DNA from: Candidatus Dormibacteria bacterium
Lineage (GTDB): Bacteria > Chloroflexota > Dormibacteria > Aeolococcales > Aeolococcaceae
DNA: 64,000 nt
Direction: 5' to 3'
Assembly: GCA_044450385.1 (NCBI GenBank)
Contig: JBIOIZ010000005.1
Span: 1,382 to 65,381, forward strand
The number at the start of each line of letters is the position of its first letter. The first letter of the stretch is position 1. Position numbers and translations under genes: made by a program. Shown in pieces: positions 55,197 through 64,000 of the stretch. The notes beneath the pieces are model-generated. The model worked only from the letters and a program-made list of their open reading frames with translations. It was not told where the DNA came from and did not search any database.

Positions 55197-58100
55197 TTAA
55201 GGTTGGCTGAAGGCGCTCGGACGCCCGGATTCCGGGGCGCGCCCGCGGCGGGTGGTCGGGAAGGGCGACGGTTCCACCCCGAGGTCATCCATGGCCCGGC
55301 GGTAATTCAGGTAGTGGCGATGCGCCTCGCCGTGGCGACCCGCGTCGGCCAGCGCATGCACCAGTCCGAGATGCGCCTCCTCGTCATAGCGATCGGTCTC
55401 GAGGATGCGCAGGAAATGCGATACCGCCGAGTCAGGATCACCCGCGTGCCGGGCAAGCAGGCGAAGCGCGGACACGTACGCGGCACGAGCTTCCTCACGC
55501 AGCGCCACGGTCCAATCGTCGTACGGGTTCTCCTCGAGGAAATCGCCGGAGTACACCACCGTGGCGCTTTCGAGTATGGGGAGTCCGCGGGCCGTGTCCC
55601 CTCGCCGCAGGCTGTCGAGCCCGTCCGACGTCGCCGAGAGGAACCGCTCGACATCGATGTCGATCACGTCGAGATTGAGCGCGACCGCGTCGTTGTCCGA
55701 GACCACGAAGTGCTCCGGAGCGAAGCGGTGTCGCGGGTCGAGGACTCCGCGGACGGTGGTCAGCGCCACCGAGAGACGGTTCGTGACGCGCTCCGGGTCC
55801 TCCCCGGGCCAGAGCGTTTCCATGAGGTACCCGCGTGGCGCCGGCCTGCCGCGGCGGGCGATCAGGAGCTTGAGGAGCTCTCTCGCCCGCCTGGATTGCC
55901 ATTCGGAGATCCTGACAAGCTCCCCGTCGCGAAGCACTGAAAACCCGCCGAGCGACTGGATCCTCACTGCGACACGGTCACGCGGACTCAGGAAGGCGAG
56001 TAACCCCGCGGCCACATTGCCACTCTGATGCGCGTGCACCCCGAGCGCTTCGAGCTGCTGCTCCGCCTTTCGCCGCTGCATCGCCGAGCCTGCCCCTCGT
56101 TCGAGGGACGCCAGCACCAGACCCACCTTGGCCTCGCCGAGTGGGTTCCCGACCTCGCGCCATATGGCAGAAGCCTCGGCAAGACGCCGGCTCCGGATGC
56201 GCGGATCGTCGGCGGTCAACGCCTTGAGCGCGAGCGCGTCCGCGATCCCCGCACGGTCATGCCGGGCGCGCGCAACAGCCTCGGCCTGTCCGGCGAGGTC
56301 CGCGGCGCGAGCGGAGTCGCCGGCGACAGCGGCCACCCACCCGGCCGCCAGGAGCGCAACCACATACGAGATGCCGGTGCCGTACGAAACCGCCCGGTGG
56401 GCGAGCGCTCTCGCACGCTCGGGGTCCTCGCCCGCGACGACGGTGGCGAGGCAGGCGAGGGTCGGAACCACCCCCTGGACATCCCCCGCACCCTCGGCAA
56501 CCTCGAGCGCTTCCTCGAGCATCACCCGCGCCTGGGCCAGGTTGCCGCGCTCGCTGTGGACCTCCCCGATCAGCTGCAGCGGGTACGACACCATATCCGA
56601 GTCGATCTGGCGGTACCGAAGCCGGGAGGCCTCGAGATCGGCAAGTGCCTCATCGATCCGGCCCATGCGCAGTTTCGTCTCCCCGCGGTTGCTCAGGCTG
56701 AGCGCGAGGAAGCTTGCAAACGAGGTCAGCTCGGCGAGACGCACTGCGACATCCAGTTCCTGAAGCGCTTCGGCGTATGAGCCCTCCTCCATGAAGTGGG
56801 AGCCTCGATTGGTGCGGATGCGCACGAGCTGGAGCACGTCTGCCGCCTCCTCGGCCGCCCGAAGCGCCAACAGGTAGTGCGCGTCATTGGCTCGACGGTC
56901 GCCGTCGAGTGCTGCCAGCATGGCCATGACCGTGTGCGCCGCGGCGAGGGCACGGTGATCACCGCACGCATTGGCGGCCTCCAGCGCACGGGTGGCGAGC
57001 TCGCGACACGGCTCGACATCTCCGCGGATCCAGTACGCGGTCGACATCCAGGCGAGGAGCATCGCCATCTCCATCGGGTCGGCAGCCGGGTCATCGACCC
57101 CACGCTGGTAAACGGACAGGGCTGCCTCTGGTTCGCCGCGAAGGTAATGGATAAGGCCGATCCGCCACGCGAGGTGAGCCGGCAGCCGCTCGCGACCGGC
57201 AGCAGCGCGCTGAAAGCAGGTCATGGCCTCGCTCCAGTCCCCCTGGATCTGCTCTGCCTCGCCCTCGAGCTGCTCGATCTCCGCAGTCCGAAGCACCGCG
57301 GGGATGGCTTGGCACGCCTGGAGCACGGTGGCAATCTGACCTGCCGCGAGCAACCTCGAGCCCTCGCGGGCGACGATGCCGGCGAGCTGGTCCACGGTCC
57401 CGGCGGAGAGCAGCACCTGGATCGCGTCGGCGGTCGACCCGCTCGCCGCCAGCCACGCCGCGGCCGCCACGCGGAGATCCCGCGCTTCAAGTGCGGGCAG
57501 TGGCAGCGACTCGAGCGCGTAGTCGCGGATCAGCGGGCGGAGTGCCATCGACCCGTCCTGCCCCTTTTCGATGAAGAGGCCCTGTGGTGTGAGCTCCGCT
57601 AGGATCGACCGCGAGTCGGCGAGTCCGACTGCCTCGCAGAGCTCAGGCGTGAAGCGCTCGAAGAGTGCGAGCCTGCTCACCAGGTCCCGGACGGCGTCGG
57701 GATGCCGGGCGAAGACCTCCTCTGCCAGGTAGGAGACGAGTGGCGCGGCCGGCTTGTCGAGCCCCTCGAACACCGTGCTCCAGGTCTCGGGCGGCGAGGA
57801 CTTGAGCGCCTCGATGGCAAGCGTCACGGCCGCGGGCCACCCCCCGGCAATACGATGGATCTGGGCGGCGAGGTCCCCGGCGCTGACATCCAACCGGCGC
57901 TCGACCAGCTCGCCGACCTCGTCGACGGTGAACGCGAGCTGCCTGCCGTCGATCTCGAGGAGCTGTCCCTGACCACGCAGGCGCTCGATCTGGAACGGCG
58001 GCTGGCGGCGTCCGGCGATCACCAGGTGGAGGCGAGGCGGCGCATGGCGGCACAGCGCTTCAACGAGCCGGGCGGATGAGCTCGACGCCGCGAGCTCATG

Positions 58101-58514
58101 CGCGTCATCGATCACCAGGATGAGATCCGACGAGAGCTGGGCGTGGAGGATCTCGGCCAGCTGGGCCGCCAGCGCGTCGGCCCGAAGAAACTGCTCGAGC
58201 TCCGGGCCGCCGGCACCCTCCGCAAGCCAGTTCACATCGCTCGGGATGTCGGGCACGCGCAGGCGAAGAGCGTCGCTCAGCTGCCGCCCGAGCGTCGGCA
58301 GGTCGAGGTCACGCTGGTCGGCCGTGTACCAGGCACAAGGAACCCTCTCCCACCACGAGGCCAGGAGTGTCGACTTGCCGAAGCCCGCCTCGGCAACCAC
58401 CACCGTGAGGCGGCGGCTTCGGGCCGTCCCGACGAGTTGCTCCAGCGCACTGCGCTCGATGACGCCATCGGTCGGGCTCCGGGGCAGGATCTTTGCAATC
58501 GGGGTCGCCTCCAC
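55197..58514 (-). CDS. STAND-type regulator with inverted SARP architecture: N-terminal P-loop NTPase (NB-ARC/AAA), central TPR, C-terminal OmpR-type wHTH + BTAD
   Basis: Walker A VVVAEAGFGKST near the N-terminus. C-terminal FSVLRDGELVRISEWQSRRARELLKLLIARRGRPAPRGYLMETLWPG (wHTH) followed by the BTAD (DEEAHLGLVHALADAGRHGEAHRHYLNYRRAMDDLGVEP). 1105 aa. Confidence 0.8.
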   Translation of the reverse strand: MEATPIAKILPRSPTDGVIERSALEQLVGTARSRRLTVVVAEAGFGKSTLLASWWERVPCAWYTADQRDLDLPTLGRQLSDALRLRVPDIPSDVNWLAEGAGGPELEQFLRADALAAQLAEILHAQLSSDLILVIDDAHELAASSSSARLVEALCRHAPPRLHLVIAGRRQPPFQIERLRGQGQLLEIDGRQLAFTVDEVGELVERRLDVSAGDLAAQIHRIAGGWPAAVTLAIEALKSSPPETWSTVFEGLDKPAAPLVSYLAEEVFARHPDAVRDLVSRLALFERFTPELCEAVGLADSRSILAELTPQGLFIEKGQDGSMALRPLIRDYALESLPLPALEARDLRVAAAAWLAASGSTADAIQVLLSAGTVDQLAGIVAREGSRLLAAGQIATVLQACQAIPAVLRTAEIEQLEGEAEQIQGDWSEAMTCFQRAAAGRERLPAHLAWRIGLIHYLRGEPEAALSVYQRGVDDPAADPMEMAMLLAWMSTAYWIRGDVEPCRELATRALEAANACGDHRALAAAHTVMAMLAALDGDRRANDAHYLLALRAAEEAADVLQLVRIRTNRGSHFMEEGSYAEALQELDVAVRLAELTSFASFLALSLSNRGETKLRMGRIDEALADLEASRLRYRQIDSDMVSYPLQLIGEVHSERGNLAQARVMLEEALEVAEGAGDVQGVVPTLACLATVVAGEDPERARALAHRAVSYGTGISYVVALLAAGWVAAVAGDSARAADLAGQAEAVARARHDRAGIADALALKALTADDPRIRSRRLAEASAIWREVGNPLGEAKVGLVLASLERGAGSAMQRRKAEQQLEALGVHAHQSGNVAAGLLAFLSPRDRVAVRIQSLGGFSVLRDGELVRISEWQSRRARELLKLLIARRGRPAPRGYLMETLWPGEDPERVTNRLSVALTTVRGVLDPRHRFAPEHFVVSDNDAVALNLDVIDIDVERFLSATSDGLDSLRRGDTARGLPILESATVVYSGDFLEENPYDDWTVALREEARAAYVSALRLLARHAGDPDSAVSHFLRILETDRYDEEAHLGLVHALADAGRHGEAHRHYLNYRRAMDDLGVEPSPFPTTRRGRAPESGRPSAFSQP

Positions 58515-58545
58515 GATGGAGCAAGTGTGGACGCGTACCGGATGA

Positions 58546-59547
58546 CTACGCCGGAGCTTGAGCCGGCCGTCGCGAGAACACCTGGAAGATCCCGCCCAGG
58601 TGCAGGCGCTTGTTGATCATCGCGTACGCGGCGAAGCCGACGATCAGCGAGAGGCCGGTCATGAGCCCGCGCTGGATGATGGCCGCGGCCCCGGCGCTTC
58701 CCGAGCCGAATCCAAGAAAGATCAGGAGGCCGGCCACGCTCGCCTCGTTTGCTCCCACGCCACCGGGGATGAGACTCACGGCCCCGCCGACAGTTGCAAG
58801 AGCGAGCACGAACGCCGCCTGCCACCAGCCGGCTTTGCCCGGCTCCAAACCCTGGAGAACGAGCCAGAAGGTCGTGACGGCGACAACGACTCGAGCGGCG
58901 TCGAGCACCGAAAGCGCGAGGGCGTCTCGACGGTGCAGCAAGATGGAGGTCTCGTGCTGCAGCTCCTCGATGGCCGGAAGCAGCTTGTTGAGAAACGGTA
59001 TGTGCGCGACCAGGTCATGAAGCTTGCAGAACACCGGTGAGACTGTGAGCACGACCACGATCAGGGCGATGCCCAGCGCCACGGGTATCACCGCCGCGAG
59101 CCCGTAACCGAGCGCGAGTATCGCCGGCAGTGCCGAGAGGATGAGCCAGAGCATGTATGAAAGCTCCTGCACCGTGACCGTGGCCGCGACCGTGCCGAAG
59201 TCGATGCCATCAGCAGCGCTGGCAAACGCCGCACGGGTGAGATCGCCCAGCGGCACGAGCGCGGTGATCGTCTGGCCCGCGAGATTGATGAGGATCGTGT
59301 CGCGCAGACGCAGCTTGCTGCCGATGTCGACCAGCAGGAAGTGCCATCGAATGCCCTGAAGGATGTAGACCAGCATTGAGAGCAGCAGGATCGGAGCGAT
59401 GAGCCCGAGCTGAAAATGCTCCAGCGCGCTTCCCACCAGGGCGGGGTTGAGGAACACGATCACCGCGGCGATGCCCGCCAGCCCGATGACCACGGTCAGA
59501 ACGCGCCGGATCGGGATCGGCAGCTTCCGGCGCGTCGCCTCTGGCAC
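58546..59547 (-). CDS. UPF0104 / lysylphosphatidylglycerol-synthase-TM-region-like (flippase-like) membrane protein
   Basis: 333 aa, about 8 TM. Pattern typical of the MprF-TM/AglD2-like family. Confidence 0.6.
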   Translation of the reverse strand: MPEATRRKLPIPIRRVLTVVIGLAGIAAVIVFLNPALVGSALEHFQLGLIAPILLLSMLVYILQGIRWHFLLVDIGSKLRLRDTILINLAGQTITALVPLGDLTRAAFASAADGIDFGTVAATVTVQELSYMLWLILSALPAILALGYGLAAVIPVALGIALIVVVLTVSPVFCKLHDLVAHIPFLNKLLPAIEELQHETSILLHRRDALALSVLDAARVVVAVTTFWLVLQGLEPGKAGWWQAAFVLALATVGGAVSLIPGGVGANEASVAGLLIFLGFGSGSAGAAAIIQRGLMTGLSLIVGFAAYAMINKRLHLGGIFQVFSRRPAQAPA

Positions 59548-59567
59548 CAGGTCTATTCGCTCACGCG

Positions 59568-59789
59568 TCAGACGACAGAGCCGTCACTCTCATCAGCGGG
59601 TAGCTCGGGGTCATGCAGGCTCGCTTCCGCACGAGCCAGCTCCGCGAGCACCTCCTCCTCGACGCCCGGCACGCCGAGCAGGAAGCTGTCATCCGCCGGA
59701 TGGTCCTCCTCCTCGAGGGCGGCGTCGTCGGATTCGTCTGTTTCGGGATCGCTCGGAGTCGCCGAACGGTCCAGGATTTCGTCCGCCAT
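59568..59789 (-). CDS. hypothetical highly acidic small protein (73 aa, D/E-rich)
   Basis: ORF only; MADEILDRSATPSDPETDESDDAALEEEDHPADD. Weak RBS. Confidence 0.25.
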   Translation of the reverse strand: MADEILDRSATPSDPETDESDDAALEEEDHPADDSFLLGVPGVEEEVLAELARAEASLHDPELPADESDGSVV

Positions 59790-59870
59790 GAGTGTTCACT
59801 CTAGGCGAAAACGAGGTTCCGGTCATCGCCGACGAATCGGCGATGACCGGGATACCTCACGAAGCGAGGA

Positions 59871-60071
59871 TCAGGCCGCCCGGACCTGGCGGGCGCGCGG
59901 GCCCTTGTCGCTCCGCTCGATCTCGAAGCTCACGCGCTCTTCGCCCGCGAGATTCTCGAATGTCAGCGAACTGTCAAGTCCACTGCGATGGAAGAAATAC
60001 TCCTGTCCATCCTCGGCGGTGATGAAGCCGAAGCCGCGTTCGGCGACGATCTTCTTTACGGTACCAGTCAT
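59871..60071 (-). CDS. cspA: cold-shock protein (CspA family)
   Basis: MTGTVKKIVAERGFGFITAEDGQEYFFHRSGL has the RNP1/RNP2 motifs. Confidence 0.9.
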   Translation of the reverse strand: MTGTVKKIVAERGFGFITAEDGQEYFFHRSGLDSSLTFENLAGEERVSFEIERSDKGPRARQVRAA

Positions 60072-60303
60072 TCTGGTCTCTCCAATTCCTTCTCATTCTG
60101 TGTGACAGACGCAGCGCGTCCGTTCGAGAAGGAATGACGACCACGAGCGATACCCCTCGAGATTCGAGGCGATGCCATCACCATACCCTAATCAGGCATC
60201 GCCAAACCACCCGGACGGTGGGACGCGTATCGCGAGCGCATCCAGTGCCATCCTTGCAGCAGGTTCTCTGGCCGCTCACAATTGCCGGCGTGGAGGTTGT
60301 GGC

Positions 60304-60909
<606 letters not shown>

Positions 60910-61638
60910 TCTGGCGCACCGGCCAGGTCGTCGAGACTGTCGACGAGACCCCGCAGGTGAGAACGCTCGTGTTGTCGGTCCCGGGCTGGCCGGGACATCG
61001 CGCCGGGCAGCACGTCGATGTGCGCCTGACGGCTGATGACGGTTACCAGGCCGAACGCAGCTACTCAATAGCATCCGCGCCGGGCGCCGATGAGCGACTG
61101 GCGCTGACCATTGAGCGGCTGGATGACGGCGAGGTGTCGCCCTACCTTACAGGCGAGCTGCGTGTCAGCGACCAACTGGAACTGCGCGGTCCGATCGGTG
61201 GGTACTTTGTGTGGGACGTCCCCCTGGGAGGTCCACTGCTCCTGGTGGCCGGTGGATCCGGTATCTGTCCGCTGATGGCGATGCTGCGGCTCCGTCAGAG
61301 AGCCGGCAGCACTGTTCCGGCTCGATTGCTGTACTCGTCCCGTTCTCTGGCGGACGTCATCTACGGGGCCGAGCTCGATGCACTGGTCGCGACGCACTCC
61401 GGCTTGGAGGTGGTTCACACGCTGACGCGCGCGCATCCAGAGGGGTGGGGCGGCTTTCAGCGGCGCATCGACACCGAGATGCTTCGTGCGGTTGCATGGC
61501 AGCCAGGCGAGCGACCCCTGATCTTTGTCTGCGGTCCGACGCCCCTTGTCGAGTCGGTCGCGGATGCACTCGTGAACCTCGGACACGAACCCGCGCGCAT
61601 CAAGACCGAGCGGTTTGGCCCAACCGGAGGATGACAGG

Positions 61639-61929
61639 ATGACCAGCGACCAGGAGCTGAGACTCGACGGCAATGCCGCGGCCGGCCTGCTGCAGGAACT
61701 CTTCGTTCACGAGATCACCGCAGCGCGCGGTGCATGCGCATCGTGCGGTGCCGTCGGCGAGATGGGCGCCCAGCACCTGTACATGTTCCCGCTCTCGCCG
61801 GGAGCAGTGCTGAGGTGCGCCGCCTGCGAGAGCGTGTTGATGGTGGTCGTGCGTGCGGATGGACGATTCCGGATGGGCCTGCAGGGACTCGTCTGGCTCG
61901 AGATGCAGGACGTGAGCGCCGCGAGCTGA
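61639..61929 (+). CDS. DUF6510-like Cys-rich small protein
   Basis: C..C...C..C spacing (CASCGAV ... CAACES). ATGA overlap with the FNR-like gene. TTG 61615 is the alternative start. Confidence 0.45.
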   Translation: MTSDQELRLDGNAAAGLLQELFVHEITAARGACASCGAVGEMGAQHLYMFPLSPGAVLRCAACESVLMVVVRADGRFRMGLQGLVWLEMQDVSAAS

Positions 61930-61958
61930 GCGCCGTTCGCGCCCGACCGAACCAGTAC

Positions 61959-63614
61959 TCAGTCCGGGGGGTCCGCTGCGATCAGGTGCGATGTGCGCGC
62001 GGGTGGATCTGACAGCGACCTCGCGTCGTCGAGATATTCCGCGTCGGTTCCGGTCAAGCGATCGGCGTGCTGGCGCAGGTGCTCGTCCCAGGAGGCCACG
62101 ACGAAGAGCTCGACGAATTCGTGCGCCGCCTCACCGTTGCGGAAGAGGCCCCACTGCGAGGCCCCGGTGCGGAGCCTCGACAAACGCACACGGGTCATGG
62201 CCCTCAGGAACGCCACCTCCCGTTCGGCTGCGATTGTGTAGGTGATGCTCACGACAACCGGACCCTCGTCCGGTGCCGTGTCGTGGGCAAGTTGCGGCTC
62301 CGACAGAGCAACCGTTTGGCGGTCCATTGCCGCCGTGTCGATCAGGGGCCAGATCGCGATCGTGGCGGCGCCGCCGAGCATCAGCGCAGCAGCAGCGAGG
62401 TACGCGGGCACCACGCCCTTCGGCGCCGCAACCACACCCCAGGCGACGGCGCCGACCGCCTGGCTGCCGAACAGCACGCTCAGATAGACCGAAAGGCCTC
62501 GGGCACGCACCCACTCGGGAAGGAAGAGTTGCAACGACGCGTTCATCGTCGAGAGCACGGTGATCCATGCAAACCCAGCCGGGAGCAGGACCACCAGCGC
62601 CACGACAGCATTGGGGATGAGCACGACCGCGACCATCACCGCCGCATACACGACGCTTGAGACAGCCAGCAGACGGTTCGGCGATAGCTGCGCGCGAAGA
62701 CGAGGCAGGAGGAATGAGCCCACGACCGCACCAACGCCGAGCGCCCCGAGCAGCAGCCCATAGCCGCCCGCGCCGAGCTGCAGGCGCTGAGTCGCCACGA
62801 GCGGCAGGAGCGCCCACAGAGCACTGCCCGGCACCAGGAACAGCGACGTGCGCAGCAGCATCCGGCGCATGACCGGCGAGTAGCGGACGTACCGGCCGCC
62901 CGCACGCAGTGCGGAGACAAACCGCTCGGGAAGTTGCGTCGAAGACTCTTCGCTCGGATGCCAGGCGGCGACGATGATGGCGTATGCCAGAAACGTGCCG
63001 GCGTTGATCGCGAAGACAGCCCCGACGCCGATTCTGGCGATGAGCAGGCCCGCAATCGCGGGCCCGATTGCTCTTGCGAGGTTGACGCTGATCGACCCCA
63101 GTGTGGACGCGGCGGCAAGTTCGCTTCGCGGAACGAGATCTGGAATCAGCGACTGATACGCCGGGAGCGAGATCACCGAGCCTGAGCCGAGGACGAACGT
63201 GAAGGTGAGCAACAGCGCGGGCGGCATCTGACCGGCGACGGTCAGCACCGTGAGCGCGATCCCCGCGACCGCCATGAAGGACTGCACCCCGATGAGGAGA
63301 CGGCGCCGGTCGAACATGTCCGCCAGCACGCCTCCGACGACGCCGAAGATCACGTCGGGCAGCATGTCCGCCGTTTGCACGAGGGCCACAAGAATCGAGG
63401 CGTGGGGCTGCTGGACGAGCAACCATTGGGCGCCGACCGTCTGCATCCAGAGGCCGATGTTGCTGACGAGGACCGCGAGCCAGATTGCTCGAAACACCCC
63501 ATGTCGCAGCGGCGACCACGTGGATGCACGAGCCTTGGGATCCGCCCTCGTGGGTACCTCGCTCACGCCGCTGCCACAGTAGCCTCCCGAGCAACGAGCC
63601 ACAACCGTGGCCAC
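61959..63614 (-). CDS. MFS transporter (12-TM) with about 110-aa C-terminal cytoplasmic extension
   Basis: EntS/MFS_3-like polytopic N-terminal 430 aa and a hydrophilic tail. The alternative long ORF in another frame (62131..63723) was rejected. Confidence 0.8.
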   Translation of the reverse strand: MATVVARCSGGYCGSGVSEVPTRADPKARASTWSPLRHGVFRAIWLAVLVSNIGLWMQTVGAQWLLVQQPHASILVALVQTADMLPDVIFGVVGGVLADMFDRRRLLIGVQSFMAVAGIALTVLTVAGQMPPALLLTFTFVLGSGSVISLPAYQSLIPDLVPRSELAAASTLGSISVNLARAIGPAIAGLLIARIGVGAVFAINAGTFLAYAIIVAAWHPSEESSTQLPERFVSALRAGGRYVRYSPVMRRMLLRTSLFLVPGSALWALLPLVATQRLQLGAGGYGLLLGALGVGAVVGSFLLPRLRAQLSPNRLLAVSSVVYAAVMVAVVLIPNAVVALVVLLPAGFAWITVLSTMNASLQLFLPEWVRARGLSVYLSVLFGSQAVGAVAWGVVAAPKGVVPAYLAAAALMLGGAATIAIWPLIDTAAMDRQTVALSEPQLAHDTAPDEGPVVVSITYTIAAEREVAFLRAMTRVRLSRLRTGASQWGLFRNGEAAHEFVELFVVASWDEHLRQHADRLTGTDAEYLDDARSLSDPPARTSHLIAADPPD

Positions 63615-63651
63615 CCGCCACGCGCCAGTACCGCAGCATCATCATGTGAGG

Positions 63652-64000
63652 ATGGGCGACGCCTCCGGGGAGTGGCTGGCTCTGCCATATGCCGAGTGGC
63701 GTGACACTCGAGACACCCTGCACATGTACACGCAGGTGATCGGCAAGCTGCGCCTTGCGCTGAGCCCGTTCGAGCCGGGCTGGGCGAACGTGCCGCTCTA
63801 CGTGACCCCTCGCGGACTGACAACCTCACCGGTCCCGTTCCGTATGCGCTCGTTCGATGCCGAGTTCGATCTCCACGACCACACGCTGGTGCTCCGCACC
63901 AGCGACGGTCAAACGCATCGCCGTCCGCTGGGTGGACCTGTCGCCGACTTCTACAACGGTGTGATGGAGGCGCTGCGACGCATGGGGATCGACGTCAGCA
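63652..64000 (+). CDS. conserved hypothetical protein (DUF5996-like), 3' end off-window
   Basis: ATG at 63652. MGDASGEWLALPYAEWRDTRDTLHMYTQVIGKLRLAL... The frame is open to the window end. Confidence 0.4.
   Translation, partial: MGDASGEWLALPYAEWRDTRDTLHMYTQVIGKLRLALSPFEPGWANVPLYVTPRGLTTSPVPFRMRSFDAEFDLHDHTLVLRTSDGQTHRRPLGGPVADFYNGVMEALRRMGIDVS

Noticed and set aside
55203-56780. Plus-strand ORFs 55203..55940 and 56028..56780
   Set aside because: Antisense to the 1105-aa STAND regulator gene.
62131-63723. 530-aa minus-strand ORF in alternative frame
   Set aside because: It overlaps the MFS gene 61959..63614, whose frame gives a coherent 12-TM protein. This frame gives an Arg/Gly-rich low-complexity product.

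Overview
This is a 64 kb window of high-GC (about 70%) DNA, almost certainly actinobacterial (F420/Ddn-family protein, SARP regulators, HxlR-DoxX pair, subtilase). It is gene-dense, with about 57 protein-coding genes and no rRNA, tRNA, CRISPR, integrase or transposase.

By position:
- 1-5.2 kb: Fe3+-type ABC importer (binding protein, fused permease, ATPase), then a small membrane protein, a VOC enzyme and a SnoaL-like protein.
- 5.4-7.2 kb: secreted S8 subtilase with an unusual C-terminal (S/A)SWSG x17 tail.
- 7.3-12.7 kb: two convergent membrane-anchored GGDEF-EAL proteins.
- 12.8-26.9 kb: a putative amine/polyamine catabolic island. It contains an ADP-forming acyl-CoA synthetase, a CrtI-like FAD oxidoreductase, TetR, a Rieske oxygenase, split potA/potDBC, a class-III aminotransferase, two acyl-CoA dehydrogenases and a cupin. 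Two divergent promoter regions in it share an 18-bp motif.
- 27-33.6 kb: IolB, a transaldolase-family gene, and a 1552-aa surface protein (L-type lectin + DUF11 + 13 tandem Ig-like repeats + C-terminal anchor).
- 34-39 kb: SRPBCC protein, oligoribonuclease, a DHA2 MFS/TetR pair with a palindromic operator, and a secreted beta-helix protein.
- 39.5-45 kb: canonical SARP-NB-ARC-TPR regulator and a convergent NTF2-like/APH/methyltransferase operon.
- 45-52.4 kb: small operons (TfoX-N/AraC-HTH/VOC/DUF1905; ABC-F; Ddn-family plus a DHFR-like remnant; DoxX/HxlR; isochorismatase; MoaD-like protein coupled to a BNR propeller; YciI-like).
- 52.5-58.5 kb: STAND regulator with inverted domain order (NTPase-TPR-wHTH-BTAD), a small ORF, and a YVTN beta-propeller fused to a polytopic membrane domain.
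- 58.5-64 kb: UPF0104 membrane protein, acidic small ORF, Csp, a sulfite-oxidase-like Mo-enzyme with FNR-like reductase and a DUF6510-like protein, an MFS transporter, and a partial ORF.

Many long antisense ORFs in the six-frame track are GC-content artefacts and were rejected.
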